Source of the DNA: Phoronis australis
Taxonomy: Eukaryota > Animalia > Phoronida
Direction: 5' to 3'
Length of the DNA stretch: 64,000 nt
Assembly (NCBI GenBank): GCA_002633005.1
Contig: NMRA01000722.1
Span: 1-64,000, forward strand
This document shows, piece after piece, positions 1-13,659 of this stretch (within the stretch, counting starts at the first letter, position 1; every line of letters starts with the position of its first letter). A program made the translations under genes and the position numbers. The notes under the pieces were generated by a model. That model was not told the DNA's origin and ran no database searches. It worked only from the letters and a program-made list of their open reading frames with translations.

Positions 1-3000
1 AGAGGCTATGAATACAGTGAGAGGCTAAAATCTTACTTGTTGGCAATATACTCGGCAACTCTTAGTTATGAAAAATGAAAATAATCGTATATAAGATTAA
101 AGAATGCATTATTGATTGAAATAGTCGGTTACTATAGCAACACAATACACAGCCAAGATTGGACACTACATAAAGAATGGGGGTGTGGCCAGGGACCACT
201 CAGCAGACCACGCCCATCATAACAAGTAAAACTTTGCCCAAAAGCACCGATTTGTCAAGCAAGTGAGAAATCAAATCCAATCTGAACACAGAGGCCATTT
301 TGCAGAAATAATGTCAAAAATAAGCCGTTTAAGAAACCTTTATTGCTTGTCTACCACCCAACACAGACTTTGAGCTCTGGTCTCATATGTAAGAGTTCTT
401 CGTTCAACTCAGTGATAGACTGCCCTTGGGTAACACTGTTATCACTAGTGACATCTGTGATTGACTGATTTTAGACTAGACAACCAAACAGAATCCCATC
501 CAAGTAAGGAATATTAGGGGACCGCCACAATTAAATGGAATTAATTCAATGTTTTCTTCTTTTCCTAGGTGAACAGGGTGAAATTCAACTTTAAGAAAGC
601 CAAATACAGCCACTCTAACACCAGTTACCAGACTATAAGGCAGACAAATGAAATTTTATTTTGTCAAATTTCTCAACAAAAATAAATATTAAGAAAACAA
701 TAATACATTATTCGCTTGATTTGTAGCATATCATAAAATAACATTGGGAAAGTTTTTATTTCTTATAGCTTCAGCTTTTGAACAAGCAAAATACAAGTTT
801 GACAGCTACTGCGTGAAGTACTAGAGAAGAATTATCATTGGAAAGGTTGCATAAGGCAACTAATTGCCTATCATGGCTACCAAGGGACACATTCATCAAA
901 TATTTTCTAAACTACTAAATTTTAAACCACTAGCACGTGTTATCCTTGGTCACAACATATGTTGCAAGCTTAAAATAAAGACTGAACGTAACTAACGGTA
1001 AGTCACATGGCCAATTTTTTTCTAAAAAATTTCATGAAAATCATAACAAGCACAATATGAAATTTTTCGCACAAATCTTGCAATTTTGTTTAGTGTTCAT
1101 TCTGCTAGCTAAAACAGTATCTGGTATTTTCTTTCAAAGCTTCTTAGAAAGAGATTTAGGCTGCTGGGGAATGTTTAAATCTTTGCGTTTCAGCCTGAAT
1201 TCTCAGCCAAACGGATTTAAAAGAAATTCTTCTTTTGTAGTTAACGGAGTGCTTAATGAGACTTTGCAAGTTTTGTAAGCAAAACTTCAAGGCTACGCAA
1301 ATTGGGACAATGTCGGTAAAAAGAGGCCATGTGACAACTAAAAGCATGTGCTCACAAGGGATTCCAAAAATATACAGTTCCATGGGTTAAGACTGCATTT
1401 CGTCCCGTTTAGCTGGATAAAAAGCGAAAATCGAATTGGACATTTCATTCACCTCAAATCGGTTTCATAACATTCCTTTCCGAAATTAAGGACGTTATTT
1501 CCCTTTACCACAAGAAAAACGAAAAACGCCCATCAGAAACTCGAGAAAACTCAAGGAAACGTTTCAAAATTTACTTATGTTGACCAACTCAAAAATTATC
1601 AATTTATCAATTCAAAAATGGCGCATGTTTGGACTGTGGCTTGAGTTGACGGCTTATTTGACAACATTTTCGTGGAATGAGGGTGGTTATGTTTTAAAAC
1701 CTGGGCTTAGGAAAAGCGCTTTGGTTCAGAATTCAACATTGACAGCTAAGCAGTGGCAAAATGCCGTAGCAGTAATATTTGAATAAATGTGACCATTGGT
1801 AACAGAGGACTAGTCAGTAATACCATAAAACGGACTTTACAGCCCATGAAAATTTCCTACGCTATCACTCAGTTGCACTCGGGTGTAACACAGTGTCACA
1901 CTCAAGTGTAGATTGTGGTAATTTACCATGGGTGCTTAGGTGAGATGACGTCATAAGACGAAATTCATTGTTATTTGCTGCACTAAATTCTCCATAAATT
2001 GGCTTACAGTGCACCAATTCTGAAAATTCAAAGACATAACAGTTATCTTTTCAATTTTTTAAAAGGGTAACGGTGGTCATTTGTCTATAGTCTTCATGAA
2101 ATTTGTACGCATGAGAGGCACACACTATTTATGATCATGTTAACGACAAGTCAAGTATTAGACAGTACAGTTGTTAATCATCTGCAGCCAATAAATGTAT
2201 AGATATGTTCAGATCAACTGAATTGGATTACAACATTAATGGTGTTACATTTTTTATTAAAGTGCTATTGTACACAAGCTAGAACAATCGCAGGTTCTGG
2301 TTTTTGGTCACTAGAGGTGAGTGACACAAAATTTCTTTCAAAAGCACAAAGGTTAGGTGTTACTTTTTCAACTGTGCTGACTATTCACACCTGGTTATTA
2401 TGAACTTTCCAACAGATCATTAGACCACCCTCACAGAGGATCATAACCATGCTGCAGTTATACCTTTTACAACTGGTTTTAAACTGTTCGCATAATTTAA
2501 ACCTGGTGTGAAAGTAACCACTTCAGTGTGAACAGGGCATTTGATGAATGGCTAGACAAGCTGAAACATACGGGCAATCTTACCACATTTCAACATTGCA
2601 AACACAGTTAGATCAATAACCTACGACACACACACCACTTATTTCAGGTTATTTCCACAAAACACCTCAGCGTCTGTGTCCAGATTGGTAAAAAACTGAT
2701 TATACCAAGAAAAAAAAGAAATGTATTACCAGTTAACAACAACCATACTGCCAGAGAAATGAAAAGATACGAAAAGTGCAAAACAACAAATGAACTAACA
2801 AAATCGACCAAATAACCCATTTCTGAGTAAAACAAATAATGCAGTGGAGGGAAGACATTATATAGCAGAGGTATGAAACTAAATAGTTGACAGAAACCAA
2901 CTGTTATAGTTACAACAAGTCTGTTTAGTATGCACAATAATCTAACTTGTGACATTCCTTAAGACTGGTGATAATGTTCCCAAAATATCATCCCCTGATA

Positions 3001-3111
3001 CATGTATGACATACTGTAAAAACTCACCAATTTAAAACAAAATATGGTGGACAAGTGAAATTTTATTAATTTATCATAAATTATGCATAGTGCCAAAATG
3101 ATGCTTTGCCA

Positions 3112-3322
3112 TATTCAAACAGTATACCATGGCTATTCAAGCAGTATACCATGGGTATTCAAATAGTATACCATACCTATTCAAGTAGTATGTCATACCT
3201 CTTCAAATAGTATACCATGGCTATTCAAACAGAATACCATGGCTATTCATACAATATATCATACCTATTCAAAAAGTATTCAAGTAGTATACCATAGCTA
3301 TTCAAATTGTATAACATAGCTA
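3112..3322. repeat. Minisatellite, ~22-bp unit TATTCAAACAGTATACCATGGC
   Basis: About 9 degenerate tandem copies. Confidence 0.9.
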
Positions 3323-4129
3323 CTAACAGACAAAATTTTAAAAACTATAGTAACCATTCACAACAATGTTAGAAGTCCTTGGAAAATGAAAAAAGTACCA
3401 TCTTGGAGATTATTTTTGTCCAAAATTGGTGAGATATTACCGTATTTAAAAAACTCCATTTTATGATTGTATGGAGCTAAGAACATATTTTTATAAAATA
3501 TTGCAGTAAAGGGGAAGATCTGACACAGTTCATTATTATGGGACATTGAAAAACTTGCATGTCTAAAACATGTGGTCACATTGGTGGATCTAGGATGTCG
3601 TAAAAGAAAGCTTAACAACAAATTAGAATGAAAAATGTCTGCACAGAACCCAATAACTGTGCCATTGACATTTTTTGGCCATGGCCCAAGTATGGTGGTT
3701 CCGTATTAACCAGCCAATTCTGAACCCGACAAGGATAAGCAGGCTGCAGAGACATGTTGCGTAAAATTTCAGGATTCTTTTCGTTGTTTCAAAACAATAG
3801 TTGATAAGATACTGGAGAATGTTTACTAGAACAGTAACTAGTTGACAATGTCCCAGAATAATACCCTCACTCAATTTTATATCAACAAGTCACCAATGAC
3901 ATTCAGCTCAACCATAAGAATACTGTTGGTAAGTGCTGTTTTTACTACGGTAATAATGAACTACAAGAGTAATGTACAAGCACAGTGCCACAAACAGTAG
4001 ACTTCTAAGGGGATTATTATTGATGTAATATAGCAAAATCAAAGATGAAAATGAACTTGTGTTGTCGCTTCCCATCCCTACAGTCAACCTCATCATCAAG
4101 GTCCATTAAATTATGAATCCACCAGTTGT

Positions 4130-5100
4130 TACAATAATCAACAGAAATGTTATTTTTCTTGACAAAAACTAAAATGGCCAACAGGAGGTGACATGATAGT
4201 CCAAAATGTCCAGTACTTAACTGGTAATGGTTCAACCCAGCCATAAAGCCTGTCAAACATACGAAATTCAATGGACAACCAATATATTGTCAAAAACTAA
4301 AATGAACAAACAGGGAAGCATCAGAAGTCAAATTCCTCAGAAAATTTTCTGTTGGCAGCGCATACCCATACACCTTTGTGTCAAATTCTGACAAGCAGAT
4401 TTGACAATTAATTGATGAACTGAAGAAATCCTGAACAAATCAGTGAACAACAAAACAGGCCCACGCATCCTGGCCATATACCTGTGTCAAGTTTTGTCAA
4501 AATCTGTTAAGCCGTTTTGACAATAAATGACAGACAATAACTTTTCAAAAACCAACACAGCCAACAAGGGGTGCCACAGCAGTCGAATTCATTTAAAAAG
4601 CGACAGACGATACATCCCAGCAATAAACCCTTGTGGCCAGTTCCATCAAAATCTGTAGTGTAAGCCATTTTGACACAAATAGGGCAATTTATCAAGCAAT
4701 TTCACCAAAACCTAATTAAAACAACCAACAGGTTGTGCCACAATAATGAATCCATATAAAAACCAAATGGTATCGGCGCATTCCCACAATATAGCTCTCT
4801 GCCAAATTTCAAGTTGAAAATGGCGAACAGGAGGTGCCATGGCAGTTGAATCCGTCCAAAACTCGAACTGGTGCAAGCACAACTCTGCCACAGAAGAATA
4901 GACCCAAATTTTATCATGATCTTGATTTTTTGACAAAACCAAAGAACAAGGTTACGACAGATAGGTGACAGATGACTAATGGATGGTAAAAAGACGGATG
5001 GATGATGGACAGGTGGATATGGACAGACGGCTGGATAGTGGACTGTCGGGGTGGAATGCTGACAACATGCGACCACAAATTCTTTGTGGAGTATACAAAA
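4130..5100 (+). mobile_element. Degenerate hairpin-ended repeat (family B-like)
   Basis: Internal repeats of AAATGGC.AACAGGAGGTG, a (GGAT/GGAC)n tract at 4980-5035 and a terminal hairpin CCACAAA-TTC-TTTGTGG at 5073-5089 followed by GTATACAAAAA. Confidence 0.5.
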
Positions 5101-5511
5101 ATATCCTTTACTCTTGGGTCACCCTTTTCAACGAGACTTGATACTATGCCTTTAATCTGAACAAACTTTCTACTACCCACTACAGAATGACTTTTTTCAC
5201 AAACTTCACATAACTACAGAAATTAAAGCCTTTCTTCAACAAATTTTTGATGTTTAGCTCCAGTAGTGCTTTAGCATCATCAGAAAACAGTCTATAATCA
5301 CAAAATCGTAAGAATGATAATGTGAAGTAGCCTTTTCGTGTCATAATCCGTCAACGAAAGTACACAAACTTTGAAAGCTCAAAAGGAGTTTTATTGGAAA
5401 ACAGTCAGAACAAAACACTATATGAGGATTCTAGCGGTGACATAGATGAAAATTCTTCAGTCATAAAATTTAACCTTTTATTACAGTACAGCTTATAGCA
5501 ATGGTGCGTAA

Positions 5512-6098
5512 AGTGTGATGCCCTAGACAGTGTGTCCAGTGTGATGCCTTAAACAAACTGCCCAGTGTGATGTCTTAAACAGGGTGTCCAGTGCGATGCC
5601 TTAAACAGTGTGTCCAGTGTGATGTCTTAAACAGTGTGTCCAGCGTGACGCCTTAAACAGTGTGTCCAGCGTGACGCCTTAAACAGTGTGTCCAGTGTGA
5701 CGCCTTAAACAGTGTGTCCAGCGTGACGCCTTAAACAGTGTGTCCAGCGTGACGCCTTAAACAGTGTGTCCAGCGTGACGCCTTAAACAGTGTGTCCAGC
5801 GTGACGCCTTAAACAGTGTGTCCAGTGTGACGCCTTAAACAGTGTGTCCAGTGTGACGCCTTAAACAGTGTGTCCAGTGTGACGCCTTAAACAGTGTGTC
5901 CAGTGTGACGCCTTAAACAGTGTGTCCAGTGTAATGCCTTAAACAGTGTGTCCAGTGTCAAGCCTTAAACAGTGTGTCCAGTGTCAAGCCTTAAACAGTG
6001 TGTCCACTGTGATGTCTTAAACAGTGTGTCCGGCATGATGCTTTAAACAGTGTCTAGTATAATGCTTTAAATAGTGTGTCCAGTATTATTGCCTTAAA
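5512..6098. repeat. Minisatellite, 26-bp unit GTGTCCAGTGTGACGCCTTAAACAGT
   Basis: About 22 copies, homogeneous centre with diverged edges. Confidence 0.97.
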
Positions 6099-7454
6099 TG
6101 TACGGTAGGAATCAAATTCACGACGGTGTTAATGTTCAAGAAAAGCTTTAAAGTTGAACTTGGGTCAGAATATGTCTTAGCATATGTTGGCAGTGAACAT
6201 CTCTGCAATTAAGTAATTCTTATTGGCTATAGGTGTAACATGAGAATTAACTTGACTTTTAAAGTGAGTTTCGACTATGTTGAATAAAAAAGCACTGGGA
6301 CTGACATTTTACATAGGTACTTAATTTTCGTTGTTTTTTTTTAATGCAGCCAGTATTGCTGTCAACTGAGCAAATGCTGACTTGTTACTGTTGTCAGTTT
6401 CAAGGCAGCAAATAGCACAACTTATAACAAGATGACAACACCCGTTACATTGGCACAAAGGTTGCTAAATGCAGTTTCAGTAAACATAAACAGGGACGAA
6501 TCCAGAATCATGATCAGGTCTGATGAGATGTACAAACATAGGGGGCACTTTGGTCTCCAGTCTGCACCAGGCAACTCAGGTATGTGTGTAAGTGTTTGCC
6601 ACCTCAGCTGACTGGAAATGAACATGTGCTTGCTGTGAAGGAACTATTTCACACAATCCATTGCACATACGGTATCAGGGCTCTATCCCGACAAAAACGT
6701 CAATTCAAAGTGACTGATTGAGATGAAGCTGGGACCTTCCCAACCCTCCTGGATCCGTACCTGAACAGCAATATTTACAAAAGTAAAAGAGAAGTATAAA
6801 GAAGCCTGCAGCCAAAGCAGGAATGTCTAAAGACAAGCTAACACAACAAAGTCTGCAATATGCAACAAAAATTAACGCAGTCAGCTAAGCAACTAGCATC
6901 ATCAAACATGATGATGGATCCAGGGGGCCCTCGAGTGCTCTAACATGACCTCCTAATCAATTTGAGAACGGGATCGATACGTACATAAACATCCATCATT
7001 GAAATATTTGAGCATTTGCCTACAGTATCCCTGGATCCATCTATCAAGTTGTATTTTAAGGAATTGTTTGACCATGCAACAGTAGTTAATAATAAATAAT
7101 TGTAACATTTCATATCATACTATCAAATCTTCAAAAAACTGAATCCAATTTAAGGTAAAAACTATCAACATGATACTAGCAAAGTTCAATTAGAAATACA
7201 ATAAAACTTGTTAGAATAAACCAATATTATTGTCAAGTGATTATTTAAAAATAGGCACGCTTAAGAAATTGTTTCCGTAATTTTAGGCAACATTTTTTCA
7301 ACTTTATCAATGGCCATCAATTCTCATTTAGAATGACTGTTGCCATAACTAAAAAATATTTTTGTGTATAAAATAAAAATGATTCTGTAAGTTCATAGCT
7401 AGCTTTAAACACAAATGACGCCATGAAAAGTCAAGCAGCGGCCTTCATTCTTAC

Positions 7455-7700
7455 CCTGCCAAAACAATGAACATGTCAAGGCGATTCCATGTTTCTCCAA
7501 GGTAGGTATTCTTCCCAAACAATCCCATTCCAATGACTTTGACAATCATCTCAAAAGCAAAAAAGGCAAAGATAAAATGGTCAAATCCTTCCAGGATGAG
7601 GCAACGTGTCGTGTCGCATGTGATGTCCTCGCATGGTCTGTACATTCCCAGCGTGACGCAGTTGAGCAGTATAATCGCCATACTGATTCGTTCCCACCAT
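7455..7700 (-). CDS. Cav3: Cav3 exon encoding domain I S1-S3 (copy B, duplicate or allelic copy)
   Basis: Same protein and splice signals as 9653-9898. Three synonymous differences at 7544/9742, 7616/9814 and 7622/9820. Confidence 0.85.
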
Positions 7701-9652
7701 GTGTAGACAGTTAAGGAAATTGGTGATGAGTTATGTGACAAAACAACAAACAGTATACAAAAGCAAAGACATCGCAATGCCAAGGGGCATTCAAATCAAG
7801 AGAGCAAAAGTCACTAGAATTCGAGACACCGAAATTTAAAGCAGAGAAAATTCCCTTCATTACGTACCATTCCCTGAACTGTTAAAACCAAGAAATTTCC
7901 AACAGCATGATCTGATCTAGTATCACATTTGATTTAACTTGACAAACAAACCTACTGTGTTGGTGAACAATGCTGTGGTAGTATGCCAGTCAGGGCTTAC
8001 AGCCCTACAAAGGAATCAGCAGGTGAAAGTTAAGTCTTTGAAACTCAACCATTGTTTTCTGTTTTTTTAATGATAGTATTTCATACAAAACACATGTTAG
8101 TCACAACATTTGTTGAACATTGTTTGGAAATAATATTTTAAAAGCCGATTGGCATCAGACTTGCTGTTTACAGCATAATCGCTGGATTATGTGAGCTATC
8201 CGATGAACGCAGACAATGAGAAAGCTGGACTATGTAAGCATTGGTTTGCCAACTTTCTCCCCTTGTTATGCTGTCAAACTGATACCGACACGGCTGCATC
8301 CCGACAAGCCGATCAGGGAAATCAAGATACTCATACCACAATGTGGGTAGACAACGCACATACTACCACCATTTGGATGTGTCCACCGTCAACGAAGAGT
8401 CTCTATCCCACTGAAATTCAAGCTGGAATTGAATTTTAATGATTCTGGAAATTCGCACATGGGCATTTTCACGTTATTTAATATATTTCTTATGCATTGG
8501 AAACCTCGTTTTATATCAACAAGTCTGAAAATAGTCTTAGCAATTCATAAAATCAGCAGAACTAGTCACAGAGGCATGGATCCCCATAGTGTGCACAGCA
8601 TCAAGGTGAACGATGTTTGTGGTAATTCATGAAACTTGGACGAGACAATATTACTAATTTCCAAAATTTGTTACTAACACCTAGCTTTGAGTAAAATACT
8701 TTTAAGAACTGAAATTTTGCAATATAATAANTGGTCTCCAGTCTGCACCAGGCAACTGGTATGTGTGTAAGTGTTTGCCACCTCAGCTGACTGGAAATGA
8801 ACATGTGCTTGCTGTGAAGGAACTATTTCACACAATCCATTGCACATACGACATCTGGGCTCAATCCCGACAAAAACGTCAATTCAAAGTGACTGATTGA
8901 GATGAGGCAGGGACCTTCCCAACCCTCCTGGATCCGTACCTGAACAGCAATATTTACAAAAGGAAAAGAGATTATAAAGAAGCCTGCAGCCAAAGCAGGA
9001 ATGTCTAAAGACAAGCTAACACAACAACGTCTGCAATATGCAACAAAAATTAACGCAGTCAGCTAAGCAACTAGCATCATCGAACATGTTGATGGATCCA
9101 GGGGGCCCTCGAGTGCTCTAACATGACCTCCTAACCCAACAAGAAAAAAACTCTTTAAGAACGGGATCGATACGTACGTAAACATCCATCGTTGAAATAT
9201 TTGAGCACTTGCCTACAGTATCCCTGGATCCATCTATCAAGTTGTATTTTAAGGAATTGTTTGACCATGCAACAGTAGTTAATACTAAATAATTGTAACA
9301 TTTCATATTATACTATCAAATCTTCAAAAAAGTGAATCCAATTTAAGGTAAAAACTATCAACATGATACTAGTAAAGTTCAATTAGAAATACAATAAAAC
9401 TTGTTAGTAAGAAAAAACCAATATTATTGTCAGGTGATTATTTAAAAATAGGCACGCTTAAGAAATTGTTTCCGTAATTTTAGGCAACATTTTTTCAACT
9501 TTATCAATGGCCATCAGTTCTCATTGAGTACGACTGTTGCCATAGCTAAAAAAATATTTTTGTGTATAAAATAAAAATGATTCTGTAAGTTCATAGCTAG
9601 CTTTAAACACAAATGACGCCATGAAAAGTCAAGCAACGGCCTTCATTCTTAC

Positions 9653-9898
9653 CCTGCCAAAACAATGAACATGTCAAGGCGATTCCATGTTTCTCCAAGG
9701 TAGGTATTCTTCCCAAACAATCCCATTCCAATGACTTTGACGATCATCTCAAAAGCAAAAAAGGCAAAGATAAAATGGTCAAATCCTTCCAGGATGAGGC
9801 AACGTGTCGTGTCACATGTAATGTCCTCGCATGGTCTGTACATTCCCAGCGTGACGCAGTTGAGCAGTATAATCGCCATACTGATTCGTTCCCACCAT
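9653..9898 (-). CDS. Cav3: Cav3 exon encoding domain I S1-S3 (copy A, first in transcript order)
   Basis: 246 nt, phase 2-2. Encodes (P)[82 protein letters not shown], a typical T-type IS1-IS3 sequence. Preceded by TTCCTTAACTGTCTACAC (U12 branch site plus AC), followed by a GTAAGA donor. In frame with the 57660 exon (CC+A=Pro). Confidence 0.93.
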
Positions 9899-11084
9899 GT
9901 GTAGACAGTTAAGGAAATTGGTGATGAGTTATGTGACAAAACAACAAACAGTATACAAAAGCAAAGACATCGCAATGCCAAGGGGCATTCAAATCAAGAG
10001 AGCAAAAGTCACTAGAATTCGAGACACCGAAATTTAAAGCAGAGAAAATTCCCTTCATTACGTACCATTCCCTGAACTGTTAAAACCAAGAAATTTCCAA
10101 CAGCATGATCTGATCTAGTATCACATTTGATTTAACTTGACAAACAAACCTACTGTGTTGGTGAACAATGCTGTGGTAGTATGCCAGTCAGGGCTTACAG
10201 CCCTACAAAGGAATCAGCAGGTGAAAGTTAAGTCTTTGAAACTCAACCATTGTTTTCTGTTTTTTTAATGATAGTATTTCATACAAAACACATGTTAGTC
10301 ACAACATTTGTTGAACATTGTTTGGAAATAATATTTTAAAAGCCGATTGGCATCAGACTTGCTGTTTACAGCATAATCGCTGGATTATGTGAGCTATCCG
10401 ATGAACGCAGACAATGAGAAAGCTGGACTATGTAAGCATTGGTTTGCCAACTTTCTCCCCTTGTTATGCTGTCAAACTGATACCGACACGGCTGCATCCC
10501 GACAAGCCGATCAGGGAAATCAAGATACTCATACCACAATGTGGGTAGACAACGCACATACTACCACCATTTGGATGTGTCCACCGTCAACGAAGAGTCT
10601 CTATCCCACTGAAATTCAAGCTGGAATTGAATTTTAATGATTCTGGAAATTCGCACATGGGCATTTTCACGTTATTTAATATATTTCTTATGCATTGGAA
10701 ACCTCGTTTTATATCAACAAGTCTGAAAATAGTCTTAGCAATTCATAAAATCAGCAGAACTAGTCACAGAGGCATGGATCCCCATAGTGTGCACAGCATC
10801 AAGGTGAACGATGTTTGTGGTAATTCATGAAACTTGGACGAGACAATATTACTAATTTCCAAAATTTGTTACTAACACCTAGCTTTGAGTAAAATACTTT
10901 TAAGAACTGAAATTTTGCAATATAATAAACTGGAAAATTTTTACCATACACAGAATGCAGCGATAACATAGATTACAAGAGCAATTCAGAATATTGACAT
11001 GTAGCCAACTTACACATTGCATGCAGCACAGATATAAGGGTTGATAATTATTTTAAATACTTCCTCAAGGGAGAACGAAACTAG

Positions 11085-12308
11085 AAAACTTACAATAGCC
11101 ACTAGGGGGCGCAAAGTAAGTTATTAACCTCTAGGGGACACAGAGCTAGATATTCATGAAAATGTATCTGAATTACTCTGCGAACATCGATTAAGCAGTT
11201 TGGTAGATACCAAAGTCAAAAAAGTATAATTGCTACAACAGGGTGCAGCACTGGTGACATTTGTCACAATAGGAATTAAAAGGTCATCGCACGTTGCATC
11301 TGACATGGGGCAGGTGCTGTGATCTATGTGATACAAACTTTAATTCATCAAATTTCAAGAACATCCATCAAGAAACTTAGTAGATATTAGGCCATACACA
11401 AAGAGAATATTATTGCCACTAGGTGGTGCCTTAGTGAACTTGCCAAAATCAGCACCAGCTGACTCTCTGCAATACGAACACACTTATTAACTGGAATTTG
11501 CATGCCAATTCCTTATCTCTGTGACTGCTTGTTCAAATCAGTTAGAAACACAACATATAGTCTGACGTTAGGAATATGAAGTAGGTTGAAAGTTGCCAAA
11601 TGTTTTTAAGAACGAGTTTTGTTTCGAAAATGATCCACAGCAAATCTCAAATATGTCTAGTAAGTATCATGACGTCGTGTTAGAATAGCACTACATGATG
11701 CAGGTTATGTGAGTCCCCAAGGTACGTAATTAGTGCAAAGGTCACCTATTTGGAGAATTTTTTGTTTTCACATTTACAAGTTGTCATTGAATACAACTGC
11801 ACTTTGTTTAGCATAGATTATATTAAAAAAGCATTGTCGTTTAGTTCCTGCTATACATTAGCAGAGCTTAGAGAGCATGCAATATACATCTTTAAGGAAT
11901 TTGGTAGATATTGGGACAAGGACAACAAAATTGCCATTAGGGGTCGCCACAGTACTCACATCTGTCAAATTGTTCCCAAAAGAAACTCATCTGCCAATTT
12001 TCATGATTCTGCAACCGGTTTGCTAGATGATTTGAAAATAATAAAAATGGTCAATGGGAAGCACACAACAAGTCAAATTCATCTGAAAATGGAAAGGTGC
12101 CATCTAGAAACAAGGGGAATACAGAGGAAATAAAAAAATGAAATTGCCATTAGGGGACACTGTGGTAGTCTAATCTGTACAAAACGTAGTGCATGTTGCC
12201 CCTTCCATGATGGGAATATGTCTGCAAAATTTCACGGACATCCTTCAAGGGGTTTTGGAACTACAGCAGTGGATCCCAGACAGAAATGGTGGATAACAAA
12301 ATTGTTAC
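11085..12308 (+). mobile_element. Family B repeat, interrupted by a family C copy and followed by the CCGTA transposon
   Basis: Recurrent AAATTGCCAYTAGGKGGYGC units at 11098, 11415, 11933 and ~12146, shared with 25500-26060. Confidence 0.55.
11492..11895 (+). repeat. Dispersed repeat family C, copy 1
   Basis: Matches 52498-52735 (direct) and 55085-55457 (inverted), e.g. TTGAATACAACTGCACTTTGTT and GTTTAGTTCCTGCTATACAT. Confidence 0.85.
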
Positions 12309-12310
12309 TA

Positions 12311-13659
12311 CCGTATTCGCCGTAATAACCGCCCAGGGCGCTTAGAAAAGTTCAGTTCAGGGGGGGCGCTTATTATAACCCAAGGCGGTTGAAACCCGGT
12401 CTCCGAAACTGGTAAAATCGAAAGCTAAGATTCATCAAATTTACGCTCTGTGACGTATAAGTAATCTATGAAAGACTTTCAACAAAACTGTGGTGCATTG
12501 CTATCAAACTTTGCTGCTAAATTACGATCATTTTACACAAAATTGTGCTGAAATCCCAGGGCGAAAACTCGCCGACTGACTGCCTCGAAATCGCCGTCTT
12601 CGATATGGCGACTTCAATGCTTGAATAAAAATGGTTTCGACTCAAGCAAATTACCTAAAATAAGTAGCGTCTCTAAGATTTTTAAGTTCCCGTGGAGTCT
12701 GGATTAACGGCAGGTTTAAGTACAAATCTGTGCAACATTGTGCCATCTACATGTATGATCGGCAACACGGCGAGTAAAATGTCTGGACGAACACACATGT
12801 TGTTGTCACGTGACGTTTGTTTTGAAGTTCGTCTGCGAGTAAGCGAGCGCATGCATGTCACCAGAGTTCATTTGCCAAAGCAGAGACCGTCTTTTGGCCA
12901 GAGCCATGCAATCTAACTAGCTAGATGTGTCTAAAGAAATTTGTACTTGACCGTCGGTCTCGTGCTAAAAACTTTCGACATTTGTCTCGGTAAGGTCCAT
13001 ATTAGCTGGATGCGTACGTAACTATCTGACAGTTATTTTTCCGTGTAAGGGTGTGTAAGCATTCACTGTCAGTTGTTATTTTATCGGATGTTCGGCTTAA
13101 GAACACCAATTATAGATAATCAAACAATCCATCTCAAAAATAACGCAAACATGTTTTATAGTAGTAGAAATTGTCGGAAATTAGTGCCAATATTCATTTC
13201 TTATCGATGCTATGCTACCCGTTTCATGAATGGATAGTTCCCGACTAATGTCTTTGATGACAGGTTCATGTATGTAGCGCGCGCTTCCTGGCCACGTGCG
13301 TTTAACACCGAGCTATTTTTATTCATGAGACAGTCGATGTGTCTACTGAAAGGTCAGACCATAGTGGGACACGGTCGTCGCGAGAGCGTAGCAACGCTGT
13401 TGCGTTATTTTTGAAGCGCTGCGTTACTTTGAAGTGAAAAGTCACGGCTAAATACAAACGTAGCAGTGCCGCTGGTGGTCTAGAAGACCTGTGCAAAATT
13501 TTTTTGATAAATTGAAGACGTTACTGTAGCCGAGTTTTAGGACTGTAGGTACGTCATTGTTCGCATGTACACGTTCATGGACTAGGCGCTTATTTCAGCA
13601 GTCTGAAAACGCGTGGGGGGCGCTTATAGGGGCATGGGCGGTTATTACGGCGAATACGG
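12311..13659. mobile_element. Non-autonomous Tc1/mariner-superfamily (Tc2/pogo-like, CCGTA-ended) DNA transposon
   Basis: Perfect 25-bp TIR CCGTATTCGCCGTAATAACCGCCCA, TA on both flanks (12309-10, 13660-61), subterminal GGCGCTTA repeats, CpG-rich interior, no transposase ORF. Confidence 0.9.

Larger units (their letters stand above)
6551..10928. repeat. 2.2 kb tandem duplication (6551-8730 / 8732-10928) joined by a single N
   Basis: Both copies start TGGTCTCCAGTCTGCACC and end GCAATATAATAA. The left halves differ by SNPs and indels; the right ~1.1 kb looks identical. Confidence 0.97.

Noticed and set aside
5101-5109. ATATCCTTT U12 donor-like motif on the + strand
   Set aside because: Antisense to Cav3, with no supporting exon.
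5512-6098. CRISPR-like periodicity (also 33530-34123 and 47402-47584)
   Set aside because: Head-to-tail units without unique spacers, eukaryotic context, no cas genes.
1-7454. Next Cav3 exon (IS4, RxxRxLRPLR)
   Set aside because: Not seen; it presumably lies left of the window.
7701-7783. N-terminal part of the 110-aa ORFs (MALRCLCFC...LTVYT), also at 9899-9981
   Set aside because: Intronic read-through upstream of the AC acceptor; it contains the U12 branch site.
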